In this document: positions 60,119-64,000 of the stretch, one piece after another
How positions within the stretch are numbered: the stretch's first letter is position 1
Layout: each line of letters opens with the position of its first letter
Source: Bacteroidota bacterium
GTDB taxonomy: Bacteria > Bacteroidota > Bacteroidia > Chitinophagales > JADIYW01
Length of the DNA: 64,000 bases
Direction: 5' to 3'
NCBI GenBank assembly: GCA_016705125.1
Contig: JADIYW010000036.1
Span: 147,195 to 211,194, forward strand
The notes under the pieces: generated by a model
Databases searched by the model: none
Told to the model about the DNA's origin: nothing
What the model saw: the letters and a program-made list of their open reading frames with translations, nothing else
Program-made: the position numbers and the translations under genes

Positions 60119-60955
60119 TTATTTGGTAGGTTTTCCTAAGTAATACTTTAAAAAAACTACCTCCTTTTCAGATAATGGCCTGTATTTACCACGAGGTAAA
60201 TCCTTTTTTGTTAGTCCAGCATAAATTACCCTATCTAATTTAATGACTTCATAACCGAGATGCTCAAAAATTCTCCTAACAATTCTATTTTTTCCAACAT
60301 GAATTTCAATTCCAATATTCATTTTAGAGTTATCTTCATATTCAAGACCATCAACTTTAACAAGACCATCTTCAAGGGTTAAGCCTTTTACGATTTCCTC
60401 ATAATGTGGAATAGTCAATTTTTTATCCAATTCTACATGATATAATTTAGAAATATTACTGCTTGGATGGGATAATTTTTGAGCCAATTCTCCATCATTA
60501 GTAAGGACAAGCAAGCCAGTAGTATTTCTATCTAATCGACCGATGGGATATATTCTCAACTCTTTAGCCTCTTTAATATAATCCATTACGGTTCGTCTCC
60601 CATTCTCATCCTCGGTAGTGGTGATACAATCTTTGGGTTTATTAAATAAAAAATATACCTTTTTTTCTGAAATAACTCTTTGTCCCTTATATTTCACAAT
60701 ATCTTTGGGCAATACCTTATATCCCATTTCATTAATTACTTCTCCATTTACCGTAACTTCCCCGTTTACAATTAATTCGTCAGCTTTTCTTCGTGCGCAA
60801 ATTCCTGCATTTGCAATAAACTTATTCAATCTAATGCCTTCTGTTAAGTCCTTTTCCTTTTGATCCTTTTCAGCCTTTTCAACCATAAATGGTTTTTTAT
60901 ACGCTTTTTTAGGAGGGAAAGGACTAGTTTTTTTGTTCGATTCCTTCTTTTTCAC
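60119..60955 (-). CDS. rluB: Pseudouridine synthase (RluB/RsuA family) with S4 RNA-binding domain
   Basis: Contains IRLNKFIANAGICARRKADELI (S4 domain) and PIGRLDRNTTGLLVLTNDG (catalytic Asp). The K-rich N-terminus overlaps the end of scpB by 32 nt. An alternative start is the ATG at 60886. Confidence 0.85.
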   Translation of the reverse strand: MKKKESNKKTSPFPPKKAYKKPFMVEKAEKDQKEKDLTEGIRLNKFIANAGICARRKADELIVNGEVTVNGEVINEMGYKVLPKDIVKYKGQRVISEKKVYFLFNKPKDCITTTEDENGRRTVMDYIKEAKELRIYPIGRLDRNTTGLLVLTNDGELAQKLSHPSSNISKLYHVELDKKLTIPHYEEIVKGLTLEDGLVKVDGLEYEDNSKMNIGIEIHVGKNRIVRRIFEHLGYEVIKLDRVIYAGLTKKDLPRGKYRPLSEKEVVFLKYYLGKPTK

Positions 60956-61499
60956 CTATTTGATTTTCTGTTTCTTGAAATTCTCTTAATTTGGGTAATT
61001 CATCCAAATTATTGATGCCAAAATAATCCATAAAGTAGGTAGAAGTCCCATACAAAAGAGGCTTACCTACATCTTCACTTCGTCCTTTTATTTCAACCAA
61101 TTCCTTTTCCATCAACTTTTGTATAGTATAATCAGAACTCACTCCTCTAATTTGTTCAATTTCTGACTTTGCAACTGGTTGTTTATAAGCAATAATTGCA
61201 AGGGTTTCTAATGCAGCCGCTGTCAATTTTTTGTTTGCCTTTCTTTCTTGAAATTCAGCAATTAATAAATGATAATCAGATTTTGTAAGAAATTGAAAAC
61301 CACCTCCTGATAAAAAAAGACCAAATGAAAAACTATCATTGTTGAATTTTTCTTGGATGGAAGAAATTGCAGACAAAACATCTGACTCCTGAACTTGAGC
61401 TGGTTCAATTTTATTAAAAAACATAGTGATTTCATCCACAGTCATCGGTGCCTCTGAAGTAAAAATCAATGCTTCAATCTTACAAACTAAATTTTCCAT
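60924..61499 (-). CDS. scpB: Segregation and condensation protein B
   Basis: Contains IEALIFTSEAPMTVDEI, LETLAIIAYKQPVAKSEIEQIRGV and YGTSTYFMDYFG. The start is set at the second ATG (MENLVCKIE). Confidence 0.85.
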   Translation of the reverse strand: MENLVCKIEALIFTSEAPMTVDEITMFFNKIEPAQVQESDVLSAISSIQEKFNNDSFSFGLFLSGGGFQFLTKSDYHLLIAEFQERKANKKLTAAALETLAIIAYKQPVAKSEIEQIRGVSSDYTIQKLMEKELVEIKGRSEDVGKPLLYGTSTYFMDYFGINNLDELPKLREFQETENQIGEKEGIEQKN

Positions 61500-61515
61500 A
61501 AACAAACCTCAATAT

Positions 61516-61552
61516 AAAAAAAAATTCCAGGCTTTCAAAATAAAACCTGGAA
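61516..61552 (-). terminator. Rho-independent terminator after atpG (TTCCAGG-N14-CCTGGAA followed by T9 on the minus strand)
   Basis: A 7-bp stem. The A9 run on the plus strand (61516..61524) becomes the U-tract. It lies 23 nt downstream of the atpG stop. Confidence 0.6.
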
Positions 61553-61574
61553 CTAAAATATAATAATATTAAAA

Positions 61575-62453
61575 CTAACCTTGAGATAACGCAGCGGCTC
61601 CACTTACAATTTCAGACAATTCTGTTGTAATTGCAGCTTGTCGAGCACGATTATAAGATAATTTCAATCCATTCAACAATTCATTTGCGTTCTCTGTAGC
61701 CTTGTCCATAGCAGTCATACGAGCACCATGTTCAGATGCATTAGAATCCAAAAGGTATCTAAAAAACTGCGTCTTTAAAATTTTAGGCACCAATTCTTCC
61801 AATAATTTTTCTTTTTGAGGTTCAAAAGCATAATCATTATTAGATTTGGATTTAGCTTCACTCAATTTAATTGGCAAAAACTGATCGTGTGTGGCAATTT
61901 GAACGGCAGCGTTTTTAAATTGACCATAAACAACATCCACCTTGTCATAATATCCACCAACAAAAGCATCCATAGCAAATTGAGCTGCTTTAGATGCTTC
62001 CTCAAAATTTAATTTAGTAAAAGTAGCTATGAAATCAGTATTGATATTGATTTTGCTGTTTTTAAAAGCATCGTTCCCTTTTTTACCGACAGCTAAAATA
62101 TCAACTGCGCCTTTATCAACTAAATCTTTATAATCATAAGCAATTAGATTCCTAACAATTTTCACCACATTTGCATTAAATCCGCCACACAGTCCTTTGT
62201 CAGAGGTAACTACAACAATAAGAACCTTCTTAACACTGGATTGTTTTGCATAAGAGATAGAGACATCACCTTGAAGACCACTAGCAATATTTCCAAGAAC
62301 GTTAGATAATTGTTCAGAATATGGTCTTATTTGTACAATTCTATCCGTTGCTTTTTTAAATTTAGCTGCCGAAACCATTTTCATGGCTTTGGTTATCTGT
62401 ATCGTTGAATTTACAGATGCTATCCTATTTCTTACTTCTTTTAAATTAGCCAT
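61575..62453 (-). CDS. atpG: F0F1 ATP synthase subunit gamma
   Basis: 292-aa ORF with N-terminal MANLKEVRNRIASVNSTIQITKAMKMVSAAKF and C-terminal RQAAITTELSEIVSGA. Confidence 0.93.
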   Translation of the reverse strand: MANLKEVRNRIASVNSTIQITKAMKMVSAAKFKKATDRIVQIRPYSEQLSNVLGNIASGLQGDVSISYAKQSSVKKVLIVVVTSDKGLCGGFNANVVKIVRNLIAYDYKDLVDKGAVDILAVGKKGNDAFKNSKININTDFIATFTKLNFEEASKAAQFAMDAFVGGYYDKVDVVYGQFKNAAVQIATHDQFLPIKLSEAKSKSNNDYAFEPQKEKLLEELVPKILKTQFFRYLLDSNASEHGARMTAMDKATENANELLNGLKLSYNRARQAAITTELSEIVSGAAALSQG

Positions 62454-62474
62454 TTTGAATTAAAGCCTTTTTGC

Positions 62475-64000
<1,526 letters not shown>

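Overview
AT-rich chromosomal segment with gene content and synteny typical of Bacteroidota (Flavobacteriia/Cytophagia-like). The conserved block is CBS protein-nadK-DUF6089-uppS-bamA-ompH-ompH-murI. TAnnTTTG -7 promoter boxes, no Shine-Dalgarno sequences and a T9SS C-terminal sorting domain fit that lineage. All product calls come from reading the translations against remembered family signatures; nothing was searched. Most of the window is housekeeping: xth, nadK, uppS, bamA, murI, dusB, cdsA, psd, glyQS, a cysteine desulfurase with an IscA-type protein, tcdA, glyA, two tandem ammonium transporters, rluB, scpB and atpG/atpA. There is also a Wzx/Wzz/O-antigen-ligase surface-polysaccharide cluster. 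No transposase, integrase, CRISPR array or recognisable defence system was seen. Four things stand out. (1) A contiguous ~12 kb tract (25.3-37.2 kb) has every gene broken by multiple indels: gldB, a porin-family gene, nadE and the whole moxR-DUF58-batABCDE aerotolerance operon. About 50 kb of flanking sequence carries one frameshift (htpG, in an A6 run). This is either genuine gene decay or a local assembly-quality problem, and the sequence alone cannot decide. (2) A 155-nt GC-enriched tRNA-like gene (38797-38951, minus) has an acceptor stem, D-like arm, anticodon-like arm (GUC) and a canonical T arm, but ~86 nt sit where the variable loop should be. It has its own promoter and terminator. I could not assign it to a known RNA family. 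(3) A voltage-sensor-domain protein (S1-S4 only, no pore) carries a ~215-aa soluble tail. (4) Smaller regulatory oddities include promoter -7 boxes abutting start codons (probable leaderless mRNAs), a 120-nt inverted array of phased heptamers, and a terminator that faces away from both neighbouring genes. Two edge-truncated genes missing or shortened in the ORF track were recovered by hand (1..1596 minus; atpA extends to 64000).
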